Shown one piece after another: positions 39,065 to 53,004 of a stretch of DNA of 64,000 nt (position 1 is the first letter of the stretch; each line of letters begins with the position of its first letter). The notes beneath the pieces are model-generated. The model had not been told where the DNA came from and searched no databases. It was given only the letters and a program-made list of their open reading frames with translations. Made by a program: the position numbers and the translations under genes. The DNA comes from Amoeboaphelidium protococcarum X5. Lineage: Eukaryota > Fungi > Aphelidiomycota. Location of the stretch: NCBI GenBank assembly GCA_023515725.1, contig JALDTO010000057.1, positions 248,001 to 312,000 on the forward strand, read 5' to 3'.

Positions 39065-39952
39065 TCAATCGTAGTTATCATCAGAAAGAGTGAATGCTGT
39101 GGACAGCGGCAATGTTTAACTTTCTCTTCCTCTAGTGTTCAACTCAACATCAACCTCGCCATCGTTCTCAATCTACAAAAATCTATACTTCATCATAACC
39201 AGAATTATAGGGATGAGAGTGATGCAAAGCATGAGAAATATCTCAATTATGGCGCGCCACTGCAGAGGAAACTCTATGAACTAGATCGGAGTGAATAAAC
39301 CAGCCGTAAAAGAGCAACAGGCACAGACCAAACTATGCCTCGTGATAGTTTGAGCTCTTCGCTTCGTGGCATTTTTAGAACTGACAGAAGTAAACTATAT
39401 ATCCTACATGAACAAGTGAATGTATAAGATGTCCAAAATCATTAGAGCTAATATGGACATTACAGCACCGCATTATTGAGATCCCTAAAGAATGTAAACC
39501 CAGCCTCGCCACTGAACACGCGTAAAAGTTATAATAATTACCATTAGTATCGATTAACTAAACACATCTATGCCAAAGCATATTACAGCTAGACGCGCAA
39601 GTAGACTAAAATATTTGACATACTCACTTCGGTCAATTACAGGAGCACTTCTGATGTTGATAGTGGTCACGTACAAAGCCAAAGACATCCACAGTGCAAC
39701 CGTGAATATCAATGAGAATATTGGCGAAAGCACTTTTTCTTGTCTATAAGTAGTAATAGTAAGACTAGAGAATACCACATATACACTGGTTGTAAGCAGT
39801 AAAGCAAATAGGCACCTATCAAATTTGGACTCGAACAACTTTCCATCTTTGCGCCTCTTTGAGATCACAATGAAGAATATCAGAGCACTGATCAGAGCAA
39901 TAAAGTAAACAAAACAAACGTAATTTAGCCAGAATATCTTATTAAATTTCAT
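39065..39952 (-). CDS. 7TM-like membrane protein, paralogue 2 (295 aa)
   Basis: IRSAPVID, LMILDILYI, TRHSLVC, LIPIILV. Confidence 0.8.
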
Positions 39953-40090
39953 CTATTATAATTTCTAGTAAATTTTGAATGTCACGTAGGAGCTGAAGAC
40001 GGACAAGATGAATCGGTCTATTTATAGAGCTACTCCGACAATCGTCAGATATCTCTACAGATACTGCATTGTCTATAAATCAATATTAAC

Positions 40091-40978
40091 TCAATCGTCC
40101 ATATCCAAATTCTCAGCCTCAGTCAATAGAATGGAGAAACTTCCACGTATGTTGGTGGCCAATTAAAGTTCTTCTCGAGCGATAATGTTCTCGAGCTCCA
40201 CCAGTTTGTGCCTCAATCGCGCCAGAATAAGAGGGATCAGCGAAACAAAGAACATCAACACAATGTGTGCAGCAGCTTGAAGAGTATACGGAAGCACAAT
40301 AAAAGTCACTGGTGTTACAAGGCCAGCCATGAAAGATGAGAGTACGCATGTCAGACTATACTTTGTGATAGCTAAAGCTTTCCGCCTCGTTTTATGCTCC
40401 TCATCTAATTTGAAACTAGAGATATCTTCTAGGAACAATGTCACGTACATTATGTCCAATATCATGAGCGACAGCACGCCAATTCCAGCTCCACCTAGTG
40501 TAAATACTTCTTATAGGTAGGCATATATTCTATTAGTAACACCGATTCTATGGAGTTTATCGTAAAAATATACCAGTTGACCCATAGAGTAGAAAGCAAA
40601 ACTCACCTTTGATATATTGCCCAAAATGCCAAAATACCGCTGATTCTAACTTTCTGCTATTACAGGCGCACTTCTGATTTGGACAGTATTTAAGTAGGTG
40701 ACGAGAGAGGAGTAAAAGGACACCTAAAAAACTATACCAATAGAGGCGGAGACCACTGGCTCTGTTTTTGCTAGACTAATAAAAAGTCCATCTGATACAC
40801 TTTAAATGGCAGAAGTGATGTGCAGTATAAAAAGGCATTTATCAAACGGTGTCTGAAACACAGACTTTTTTCGTCGCCACTGAAGCACAATGAATTAGCC
40901 TAAACTCGCTATAATGACCACAAAATACCCAAGGGTCGCATAATTAAGCATATAAGCTCCGTTGAATTTAAGCATCAT
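40091..40978 (-). CDS. 7TM-like membrane protein, paralogue 3 (295 aa)
   Basis: IRSAPVIA, LMILDIMYV, TKYSLTC, LIPLILAR. Confidence 0.8.
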
Positions 40979-41128
40979 ATCATTACAAAACACAGATAAT
41001 AGAATTCAGTTGATAATGCTCTTAAGGTTATTGTTTTAGCACAAGTGAAAGTGAGGAAATTCATAATCTAAATATAGGCCAACGGTCGACTGCCGAATGC
41101 GCGACAGTTTCAGATAAGAAATTAAGTC

Positions 41129-42331
41129 GAAAAAATGGGGCCGATCTCTCCTGTTCGTGCACTTACAATTTTTTTGCAAATTTTATTTCTTGGTTCACTA
41201 GATGATGGTCAGCTTGTTTCACAAGTATTGTGATATGACATTTAGCGTTACAGTATATATATGGTTCCCATTGAAACTGATCCTAAATCGAAATAATCTC
41301 TCTGAACCCGTGTCTTTCCCTTAACTGATAACTCATCTTGATTGATTTTTGCGCTGCTAAGTATCATCGTTGAAGTCGCACTAATTGATGACTTGTCGCG
41401 TCACTTTATTGTTACTGATATTTTTCTATTCTACACTCGTAGCACTTATTGTCTGATACATCTATCCAAGTCAAGTCAAAGAACGCGAGCTATTTGTTCC
41501 TGCCAAGTAAAGATTCTAGACGAGAACGTTTCATCATGATATCACCGATTGCTGTCCGTGTGTGCCGAGTTAATCAGAAACTCGGATATCAAGATATGTG
41601 ACGCATGATGATGTGGTCTGATACGATGGTGTTAATGATAGAAACATTCCTGTTAAAATGATGCAAGTTGACGTGTTACTTCTCTTCTTAATAAGAAATT
41701 GCTAGTATTGTGATATTGTTGAATAATAGAAAGTTGCATTTACGTCTTTAGGTTCGCCTCTAATGAAACTGTTGCAGTCTTGGCGCTAGTCATTTCATAT
41801 ATTATTGCGATAATGTCAGAGCTTGCATTGTTATGTCACGGAGTTTAAGGGAGAAGTAACATTGGTTGTAGTTGACTTGGCGGAGTAGACTTTTTGCATG
41901 AAATGAATGATGTCTATGTGCATATCTTGCTGAAATACTATCACGCTATATTCAATGGTTGGTCGCTGTATTAAGAAGTATTTCGTTTGCTAATCATTGT
42001 TGTTGCATCATAATGTGATTATCTTTGCGTCTGATTAAATTGGGTTAATGGTAGGCGGCTGCCGCCTAGAGTACTGGTATGGAGGCGCTCTTTGGTGCTG
42101 CAGATGTTGAAGGGCTTATGCGATGAGTTTTAAGCATGGTGCCAGGCTAAATTGGTCAAGATTAAGGTGATGGTGTCCAGTTGTTTTGTCAGGTTGAGTT
42201 TTTGGGCTTTGTAAAATCGTTGAGACAATTCGAAGATTGCAGTCGCTACTACGGGGATATGTGGGGACCCCGATGAAAAGATCGCCGGAGCTTTTTTAAA
42301 AGTGTACGAGTGATCGTTGAACCCACATGGG
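41129..42331 (+). mobile_element. Degenerate, internally deleted copy of the Fanzor element
   Basis: Collinear similarity to about 6792-7470 and 9230-9554; about 1.7 kb including most of RuvC is missing; coding remnants are disrupted; right end is highly conserved. Confidence 0.82.
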
Positions 42332-42352
42332 AACAGATACAACATCCCTATT
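42245..42352 (+). ncRNA. Candidate omega-RNA 3' scaffold plus guide, copy 2
   Basis: ATGTGGG(42259)/CCCACAT(42322) stem; CGAT-GAAAAG-ATCG hairpin; diverges from copy 1 right after ATGGG. Confidence 0.6.
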
Positions 42353-42536
42353 CTCTATATTCATCAAATATTTTCATCAAGTTTAGCGGTAATTTAACAC
42401 ATTGCAGGTTCAAGCGATGATACAAACATCCAGAGATACCAAGTAATGCACAAAATCTCAGAGTCAGGTCAACGTTGTGCGAAACTCTTGACAAGCGCCT
42501 TTGTCTGATGTTGGTCTTAAAGAGAACCTCAAACTA

Positions 42537-43424
42537 TCAGAGATCAATTTCCTGGTGACCACTACTCTTCGTGTGACTCTCCAACATTTCGGTGAAACTA
42601 TTGTAGCTAGCAGTCCGTTATTAAGGCAGGCGAGATTATACCAAGGTCAAATGAGTCTCATCCTGGATTTTAAAGAGACAAATTTTCATTCGAACTAGAA
42701 TCACCGGTATCAACGAAACAGGCAGTAAGAGAAACATAGATATCAATGAATGATATCTATGAATATCAAGATAGGTGAAAGGTGTCACAATACCAGAGCA
42801 CAAAGAGCATATAGCGCACCAAAGGCTGTGTTTAGCCACGACAATAGCGATTTCTGTAGTTGAGTTTTTGGCTTTTTCACGCAGAGTCTGCAAATACTGC
42901 GTAAATATTTGAATATATAATGCATCCAACGCAATAAGATTCAGAAGCCCAAGCATAGCTAATGCTGAAGACGCTTAGTACAAAAAATTGAACCACATAG
43001 AACAATATTATCCCAATACAAAATAAATAGTTGAAAGGATGCAATACAACGGGAAACTTATGCCTGTAATCCATCTGAGTAAAAGGAAATGCTTAACATA
43101 CTTACTTTTATCCAATATGGGCGCGCTTCTGATGTATATCGTATTCACATAAGCAATAGCAGACGTCGATATAGACGCAGAGTATACAGTCATGATGATA
43201 GTAACAACCAGCGGATTTTTTGTAAAAATCGAAGTATTATCCAACGAATAACTGATGGTAAAAATTATACTGCTGATGTGTAAAATTACAATGTTAAAGC
43301 CAAACCAACTTTCCGACTTCTACTCGTTGTGACGCTTTTGTACCAAGATTAATTTGATTAAACTAATGATTAACATCAAAAGGCATAAGGTGCCGTATGG
43401 AACAACCCACCAGAAAATTGCCAT
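42537..43424 (-). CDS. 7TM-like membrane protein, paralogue 4 (295 aa)
   Basis: YIRSAPILD, LIALDALYI, AKHSLWC, LIPVILVR. Confidence 0.8.
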
Positions 43425-43998
43425 CTTTAATTAATCTGATAGAAGAATTAAAGAATACTATCTGCTCAACAGCGAGAATATATATTTGGTGAGGATTGAG
43501 TTAAAAATAGATTAGATCAGCAACGGTAATCATCTGAAACAATATTGGCACTGAATGCTTGTCAAAGCTGCAATCAGCATAAAGTACTGTATATCGCTTC
43601 TGCATCTTGGAAGTTACTCATAACAGAGTGTGACCTATTTAAAGAACTTATTTATTCCCATAGTAAGACCTTTATTCGGTAGAACTGCAAACGCGCATTG
43701 CGATTCTACTCTCAAATTGTATCGTGATTACTCCGAAAAATCCATGCACGCTATCGAGTGTTTATGCACTTTCGATTAATTAAGATGCCATAACGGTATC
43801 AATAAAATTATCTCAATCATACGAGAGTAGAAAGGAGATGTTCGATTGCCTTAGCTTAATAAGGTTCTAGTGGGGAATTTTCGAACCTGCGTCCCTGCGG
43901 ATAATTGCCTCGGACCATCTTGCCAATCGTCAATTAGAGTTCTTAAGTCAGCGTTCAATAAAAATATATGTAAGTTCTCGTTTACCGATATAGTAAAC

Positions 43999-44262
43999 GC
44001 TGACGTGTATATGTAACGACATGACGTTCTGATCGCCCACTGGACTCGATTCAAGTAATAAAGTTCGTATCTTCCCGCTTGTATCGTAACTAGTTCCATA
44101 CAATGTAATAATATCATTGACCACCAAAAAGTATGTGTCGCTTCTGTGGATCGAACACAGGACCTTTAGATCTTCAGTCTAACGCTCTCCCAACTGAGCT
44201 AAAGCGAAATACACTTGCACCACTAGTGCGGATGGAGTCCTCGAGTCTGACGGAATATATTA
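43999..44262 (-). repeat. tRNA-Phe cassette, copy B
   Basis: Reverse-complement match to 25201-25465. Confidence 0.88.
44136..44208 (-). tRNA. tRNA-Phe(GAA), identical to 25255-25327
   Basis: Same cloverleaf and same U1xC72 mismatch. Confidence 0.92.
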
Positions 44263-44681
44263 TACATTTCATGTTTCACATTTTAATTTGGATACTTTTG
44301 ACGCGTCTACGATTTCAACTCTTATAAAAGATGTTCTCAATCTAGACCTTGTGAATATTAAGCTTATGGCAGCCTTTAATTCCATTTATCGTTGGAGCAA
44401 TGCGGACCTAACAACATCTGAACTCATGATATGCATGCGATGCACTTTGTACAAAAATCATTACTATCAGCTTTCGTTGCGTAAAACTGCTTTAAAATCC
44501 CCAGCATATATAGATATGATACCACAAAATGATTTTTGAATTCTAAGCTAGAGTGATGGCATAAGTCAAAGCTTAGCTTTCACATTTGCATCGCTCACTC
44601 CTTGGACACTTGTTGATCAACATCGCGAGAGAGTTTCTTTCATTTTGCTCTAAGAGAAAAGAGATAGAAAATAGTGAGAAA

Positions 44682-47600
44682 ATGGTAAAAAGTTAAAAAC
44701 CTAGTAGTAAAAAGAACAAGGTTGTAGCATCAGAAATACCAGAAACAGAGTAGATAGTAGATTCTGTGCAGGATTTTCCTAGAGGTAGACCTGGTAAGAG
44801 AAAGGCGGATCAGGTGCCTGAAAATCTGGACGAGTCTACGCTACTTGATGATTCCTCCAATGAAGATGCCAATGATATACCAGCTACTGCCGGACCTAAA
44901 CAAAAGAAATCCAATATTAAAAAGACCTCCATCCAGGCACCTACCATAAATCAAGTGATAAAGGGAATGATACTGCTTGGAGTCATCAAAGAAGTGAAAG
45001 TTGACGCGTTAATCATGGCTTTACCTTTTGGATTTGGTGGTATGGTGTCGAGAAAGATGGCCGTGCAGAACGTGAATAATATAGACTAGGTGAATTTGAA
45101 GCAAATGTACAAGGCTGGCGAGTATTTGCTCTGCTCTGTTGTTGAAGTAGAAGATTTGAAAAAGAAACGCGTCACTCTGTCTATACTGCCAGATCTATGC
45201 AATGATATGGATCAGATGGGTGATTTGCGTAAGGGAGTCTATCTACAGGGATGCATCAAGAGTGTTGAAGATCATGGATACATGGTTGATATTGGTAGCT
45301 AGTAGATTAAAGCATTCTGTCAGTTTGAGTAAAGTAGTGTCAGTAATAATGATACTTCAGGTGATACTAAGAGGTATGCTACTGGTAAATGCATGGTGTT
45401 TTCAATCAGAGCAGATTCGGATAGTAGTAACAGATAGGTTCAATTATCACTGGATAAGAATGTATTTACAAAGTAGAGCTCATTGCCATCAGCAGGTAGT
45501 CTTTATAACACCAAGGTGTTGGAAATCTCACCATTAGGCCTTGCAGTCAGTGTTGGTAAAGGAGTCACGGGTCAAGTGCCTCTTTAGATGTGCAAAGTGT
45601 CTGGTACATCATCTCTGACGGAATAGTACAAGATTGGATCAAAGATTGTGTGCAGAGTTTTGCAGTCATATCCTAAAGTAATCGCCGATAATCTCATGGA
45701 TACAGAGACTTCCAGCATCCAGCTGTCTAATCTGGACCATATTGTCTCTTGTGATGGACTGAAGACCAAGTTTGTGATGGGCGAGATTATTCGAGATGCT
45801 GCAGTTGTAAAAGTTGATCAATCCGGCACGCTTGTGTTGTCTCTGAATGATGATCAGGCTGTTGGCTATGCTTCCGTCTCACAGCTGACTGATGATCAAG
45901 ATTTGCTTGGAGATTCCACTCGTTTGGCCAAGAAGTTTGCTATTGGTAGTAGACACGTGGCTCGTGTTATCCATATTGATGCTTTCAGTGGGCAGCTGTA
46001 TGTCAGCTTATTACCGTCCGTGGTGTTTGCTAGATACTTTAGTTATGCTGACGTCAAGGTTGGCGATGTTGTGAAGCATGCGGAGATTGTAAGCTTCGAT
46101 TCCAACACTTGCACGGCACATATCGGATTAGCTATGGGTAATAGAATAAGAGGTTTTGTGCCGAGACTGCATTTGGCGGACACGGCTCAATTGAAGCATC
46201 CGGAGAAGTTTTTCACTGTCGGCGCAAAGATCACTGCGCGCGTAATGTCAGTTGATCCGGAATAGCGAAAGGTTGTGCTCACTCATAAGAGGATGCTCAT
46301 GTCTTCCAAGACGCCGATTCTGAAGTCTATCCAAGAAGTTTAAGAAGTGTTGTAATAACCTTCTAATGGTGTTGAGAAAGAGTCCACATTTTATGCAGCT
46401 GTGGTGTATTAGGTGCGCGATTCCAGTTTACTAGTCCACTTCTTTGGCGACGTTAAAGGTGCAATTCCAAAGACTCAGATTGCTTTACCGACAGAGAACA
46501 CCCGGTTGGAAGAGTTATTTTCATGTGGTCAGATTGTGAAATGCAGATTGCTGTCTATTGATGAGCACTAGAAGGTAAAGTGCAGTCTCCTGCCGGTCAA
46601 AGAGAAGAATGTGAAGCCAAAGAAGAACAAGTTGTCGCCTGGTGATATTGTCAAAGGTACTGTTAGTAGAATCATCGATAATGCCGGTCTTTTGGTTAAT
46701 ATTGAGTCAAAGTAAATTGGCGGACGCTAACTGGTTGGTCGAATCCATTGGACGGATATTAGTGATAAATTTGACCAGGAGAGTTATGTGGATAAGTACG
46801 AGGTTGGTGATGAAGTCACTGCTGCGGTATTATCCATCCAACGCGGATCTATTGATTTGTCTTTGAGATAATCTGCCATGTCTCCGTAGTCTGATGGAAA
46901 TATGGTGGCGGTGTACGACAAGGTGATTGAAAGTATCGACAGTCTTAAAGAGCGGCAGTTGTGCAGAGGATTTGTGAAAAACATTGCAGACAGCGGTCTT
47001 TACATATCTATTGGTCGCACTGTTGTGGGGCGAGTCAAGATTCGCGAATTATTCGATGATTTCGTCAAAGATTGGAAATCCAAGTTCAGCATTGGCCAGT
47101 ATGTGGAGTGCAGAGTACTCAACGTTGATCTCACTGCTCAGAATGTTGAATTGAGCACCAGACTATCGTAGGTTGACCCAGAGACATTTAAAGATTCTAT
47201 TCAGCAAGGAGGTGCGTTAAGTATTGATGAATTGGAAGAGGGAGCCATAGTGACGGGAACTGTTGCCAGTATTGCTGAGTATGGTGTCTTTATTGCCATT
47301 GACAATACACGTCATTGGACTAGAATGAATTAGTAGCTACGTGGTTTATGTCATGTGTCTGAACTCTCTGATGAATAATCGGCAGACGTGCTGTAGAAGT
47401 ATTCTATTAGCGATAAAGTGTAAGGCAAAATACTGAAAATTGAGAAGGATTAGAAGAGAATTAGTATTGGTCTGAAGAGTTCCTACTTTGATGATGCAGA
47501 TTCCGATCATTAGATGGACTCAGATTTTGATTTCGAGGTGAATAATGACGATGAGGATGCTGATACTACTGAAGTTGAACAAGACATGCTTACTGAATCT

Positions 47601-48695
47601 GAAGATGAGTTGTCAGGTTAGGATGATGCTTCTGAAAATGTCGAAAGCAATGTAGAAGAGCAGAGTGATAGTGATTCAGAGATTTAGCCACTTGCTCTAG
47701 TGCCCGAAAGTCAAACTATCGCCGAGGATACTGTCATTTCGACAACCACTGCTATTAGTAAGACAACCGTACTGAAAGAGAATAATAAAGTATTATCTAA
47801 GGTGGATGAGGAGGCTGAGATTGCTGGAAAAGAACTACTGGCGCTTGAAGATGATTTGCAGCTGCCATAGTCTAAGGAGGATTTCGAGAGGCTTCTCCTT
47901 GGCTCTCCAAACTCCTCTTTCCTTTGGATTCAGTACATGTCCTTTGCAGCAGAGTAGCTGTCCATTGGTGCTGCCAGAGATGTTGCAGAGAAGGCTCTTA
48001 ACACAATTAACTTCAGAGAAGATAAGGAGAAGTTTAATGTGTGGATTGCGTATTTGAATCTGGAGCATCAACTGGGAGATGAAGAGTCTATGGATGAAGT
48101 CTTGAAGAGAGCTTTGCAATACAATGAACCAAAGCACGTCTATCTTAGTCTAATTGAAATATATGATCAATCTAAATTAGTCGAAAAGTGCCGTGATGTC
48201 TTTGCAATACTAACCAAGAAATTCAAGGCATCCTGTAAAGTATGGGCTCGTTACTGCGACTTTCTCATGGACAGATGTAACTATGAAGCTGCATAGGACG
48301 CGTTCAAGTCTGCTCTGAAGTTCCTACCAAAACGCAAGCATATCAAGTTCTCGCTCAGATATGCCAAGATGGAGTACACCAAGGGTAGTTTAGAGCGAGG
48401 TAGAACTATTTATGAGACTCTCACCTCCAATAATCCGAAGCGTATTGACATCTGGTCAATGTATATCGATGCTGAAGTCAAGCTGAAGAATATTGATTAT
48501 GCTAGGCGTCTGCTATAAAGATCAGTCCATTTAGAACTTTCGACAAAGAAAATGAAGTTTCTGTTCAAGAAGTACCTGGACTTTGAGAAGGCTCATGGTA
48601 CTGAAGAAAGTGTAAAGTCAGTGGTTAAACAGGCTAAAGATTACGTTGAATCCTTATAAAAGAAAAATGGAGATGTAGATGCGTCTGAGGAATGA
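44682..48695 (+). CDS. RRP5: rRNA biogenesis protein Rrp5 (1337 aa)
   Basis: FPRG, several S1 domains (SVEDHGY, GFVPRLHLAD), acidic linker, HAT repeats (PNSSFLWIQYM, PKRIDIWSMYID, KKMKFLFKKYL). Confidence 0.93.
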
Positions 48696-48758
48696 GATAT
48701 TATGATAGAATATATTCAATTAAATTCATGGAATCTTAGTTAAACTTGATTGTTCGAA

Positions 48759-50657
48759 TCATTACCAGAATTTTACTTTGGCCTGGCGCGGATTCAATGG
48801 TCGCTTGACAGATAACATCATGGAAAGAGCAGCACTGAGAGACATTACTACAAAATGTTGCTCCTGAATGATGTCGTCTTTTTTCAAATGATTTAGCTCC
48901 TCCTCAGTCAATACATCTCCATTTGTTAAATCTTTAGTATACATTGCGTTTGCCTCTTCGAATTGTCGTTACTGTTTTACCAACAGTGGGGACAATGGGG
49001 AATCATCGATCACAAGAGGATCCCCAAATTCATTAGACGTGATTTGACTTTGCCGCCTTGCACTGGAAGATTTCAATTACCTTAGCACATCAACTGTCTA
49101 CTGTTCTATAATCGGTGACTACCTCCATATAGCTTAGTAGCGCAACTAACATTAGAATTCAGATTCAGTCTTATCATTGATGGCCACATAAGTTTTAAAC
49201 TTATTCAAGGTCGATTCGGACGCGTTATCACCTTCATCCCTTTAAAGCAGTACAATAGAGCATATAGGAAGATCCTGCTGCGTCATCTCACTATGTATTT
49301 TGCATGTTAAAACATCCGAGGGATATAACAATCGAACGCGCACGTCACTCAATGTAGAATGTTGCAAATCCAGAGCAAAGTCTTTGGTAAGTTTGAGCGA
49401 TGGTGCAGATTGTATCACTTGATCATTAACCATTAAAGTAGCACGATAAGAGGATTTCTGAACAGATAATCTTCGTCTCTGTTCTGTAGCAGGACACTCC
49501 CCAGTAAGTGTCACTTGCAAACTACTCACCTGAAACTTGTACGAGTACTAGGGATGAATGGCACTAATCCGCTCCTCAATTTCTTAATACTATGCATTTT
49601 CTTCATCACCTTCTTAATCTTGCAGTAGATTATGTTATAGTTGTGCAAATAGAATAATATTTCTACATTGCTCCTTCAAAGACGGATCCTATAAACTTTT
49701 CACCACATTAATATCATAAGGGAACGAGATAAATCCTTGCATAGTTCGGAGTTACTAAATCTTTTTAATCAATTATCGAATCTATTTCTGGACTTTGATC
49801 TAATCTCGACACAACTGTTCATATCCATTTACTTTTATCAACAGTGCAGAGGCAAGTCTAATCAGAGAATTAGGATCAGCAGAGGGGTGTTTGAACAGAG
49901 CATGACTAACATCCTGTTATGCTTGAACCATTTCAAGAAATTTCTGATCAAGTATCACTGACGAAAATTGAGCATTGTACGATTCAATAAGATCCAGCAG
50001 CTACTAGCCCAGCGAAATCTCTGGTATGAGAAGAGGATGGTCAATAAAACGAAGTAATCCACACTTTATATGTATGCCAAAATCCTCAGAGATTACTGTT
50101 GTATTACCTCCATCGGCCTATCCATAAGGCAAGTCGCTAGCATCACGCCCGGTTTAAGGATCGATAACAATCTGATCAATAAAGTCATTGCGAACGTGTC
50201 TCAATGGACGCTATATCGCCCACTGAGTATCAAACACCACCCTGCCAGCATCATCGATCCACGGTACCTTTTAATCTCTCATCAGCAATTACTTTAGATG
50301 AAGATAATTACATCTTGATATACAAGATTTACATTGACGCGTATGATTGCTAGTAATAATGTCACTAGTGATAAACCAGTAATTCAAAGGCTGAAACAAA
50401 TGCAGGTGGAAAAATGATTGGGGAACTATCACCACTTTAGAGTTATCCTGGCTAGACAATGTCTCTATCTTTTATAAAACCAACAGTTATTGACCATTGA
50501 ATTGACGTAAGCTATCTAACAGTTACTCGATATCAGCTGATTCAAAACCAACTTCTTACTCTTGGATATGCTGTGTATTTACTTGATCTTCCAACTCTAT
50601 TGCTTGATCCAGCTCTCGAGTTTTCAACATTACTACTGCTTCACGTTTACCGGCCAT
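48759..50657 (-). CDS. CC2D2A(MKS6)-like N-terminal-half protein (632 aa)
   Basis: LRFIDHPLL..E, CPATEQRRR...LMVNDQ...DF and terminal KRPLNPR resemble recalled CC2D2A segments. Confidence 0.55.
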
Positions 50658-51000
50658 TTACTGTATACTTCTTCAATAATACTAGTTGAGATTAATGGTT
50701 AATGTGGTATATAAATCAATACATATCCCAAATAATTGTAAGAGTTCCTAAAGCGCAGTTAAGTGAGGTCTTCATAAAGTGTCTGTGGTAACACATCTCC
50801 ATGGAGACGATACTGACCACCCTCAGCATCACCATCATTCAACATTTGACTTATCGCGACTTCAATGGTGAATAAATCGACTCACTATTACGTGACTGTA
50901 GTCAATAAAGAATAAAGATGAAAAGATAACTTCAAGATTGTAAATCAGATGCTGTATATAGAGGGATCCATCCATCCATCTATTCAATTAAATTCAAATT

Positions 51001-51504
51001 TCAAGGTCGATCTTCACACCACTCATTCTCGCGCCTAATCTGCTCCTCCTCTTCGGGCGTGAAGTCATTGACTATGCCAAACGTCTTTCTAATCTCTTCC
51101 GACGTTTTGCCTTTAATCATATAGGCCACCGTCTTACATGTGAGATCCAGTAGCGGTTTTATGTCCAGATAGTTTGCAGCCAGAATCAGCTCAAACAGAG
51201 TTCCCTGGTCCACCTTGACGAAATTGACGTCCCACTCGTCAGACTCTTCCCATTGCTGCGGCTTTGACGGATCCTGGTCTTCTGACGCCGCCTGCATATC
51301 ATTCCTGTGATGTTCACAATACTCCAATACCTTGGCCAGAATTGGACCGGTAACGTTGGGCAGTGGAATCGGGATCGACTAATCCTCCACCACATCTTCA
51401 ATCAAATGCTTCAATGTCTAGCTCTTCTCCGCAACATCTCGGTCCACCTTGAACTCTTATCCCTCACTTGACTTTAATATGATTTTTTGTAAAGATGACA
51501 TCAT
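51001..51504 (-). CDS. SKP1: SCF adaptor Skp1 (167 aa)
   Basis: [53 protein letters not shown]. Confidence 0.97.
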
Positions 51505-51702
51505 TCTAAGATTGGTATGTCTTATGCCTTTGAAGTTTAAATCTAAAATGATAGCATTACAAGAATAGAGCGAACGAGCGTTAGATGATGAATGAGATTT
51601 AACGAATGACGAGCTTGATGACAACGCGAGTTGGTTGATTGAATATAGAGAAATTTACCAATATAGAAAGCTGATTTTAATTAAAAGACTTGTGTTTAAT
51701 AA

Positions 51703-53004
51703 TCATAAATCAATTTTCTTCAAGTGTCTGAATAACGGATGTTCTAATGCAGCTTCTATACTCATGCGGAGACTGGGGTCTACGAACAGGCAATTGAGGA
51801 TAAAGTTTGCCAGATTCTCTCTCTATTACAGTACAAAAGTCGGGAAAAGTGGCACGTATGGGCATTAAAGCCCATTCAATTGACTCTTATATCGATCACC
51901 AGAAATACAGCTGTATAAAATGTCATCAACGATAGGCTCTTGCCTCTGTTTATCGACAATTGCCAACGATTTCTAACCCATAATCGATTGCACACCAAAA
52001 TAGAGGCTAAGAGTGGTAAGCCCTAAACTAAATATATCCTCATTCGCAGCGGCTTATAAAGTTCTTTCTCGAGCGGGTGTCATAAACTATAATGTACCTC
52101 CGTTACTTAATTCCGAAACTTTAGACACTAATCCCAAATCAATGAGCACCGCGTCGAATCGATCCCCATTGAGGCGAAACATGATATTTTCAGGTTTGAC
52201 ATCATTATGAACGTAGTCTTGCAATGATAGATGCTTCAGAGCCAACAGAATTTATTATATCCATCTGACAAAATCCTGGTATTCTGCATATTTCTGGACC
52301 TGACGCAAGCCGTAGAGAATACTGTACGAAGCACACAGCATACCATTCCATTTAAACTTTAAGAGCGGAATATTAAAATACTTTTTGCCTGGGCTTTCGT
52401 AACGTTAGAGTCGACTGCTAATTTCATATTCTGTAGATAAGCCTTCGTTAGCTTTTGATTATCGCTCTGCATCTGTCAACGTGTCATCTTCTCGGCCATA
52501 AGAGAAGGCTACTTTTAGGGCCACTTTCTTCTGGTGCTTGTGATCAAAGGCTAACGCGACATCAGAGAATGCTCCACTGCCTAGACGAGAGAGTATTTCA
52601 AATCTAAAGAGCAACACATCGCCAGCCTTGTATCTATTAGCAATCTTTACCTATAATCTATAAGATTAATGCAAATCACTTTTGAAGCATTACTATAATC
52701 TGCCGAAACAAGAGCGGCCGGATCTTCTAACAGACGCGTCTAATTGATAGAATGCAGCGACTCGATGCCTACCGATCTAAGCTCTATCGTGATCATTAAT
52801 ACAGCCCGAGAATTATTCAAGCATTACATTTAGAGGTATAGGCTTCTTGGTCTTTTCAAACTTTTTTATATCGCAGTGCTGTTGCACACCAGATGATTGT
52901 CTAGTATTTGGTTGAAACACTGATGACCATTTCATAGCTGACAGATCATGGATCAATACTAAGCCACATAGCAAAAGCAACCATTGCTTACAATTGAAAG
53001 GCAT
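51703..53004 (-). CDS. Secreted DYRK-derived protein kinase 1 (433 aa)
   Basis: Signal peptide; GDVLLFRFEILSRLGSGAFS, VALK, HNDVKPEN, DLG, DIFSLG, DPSLRMS..ALEHP. Confidence 0.85.
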
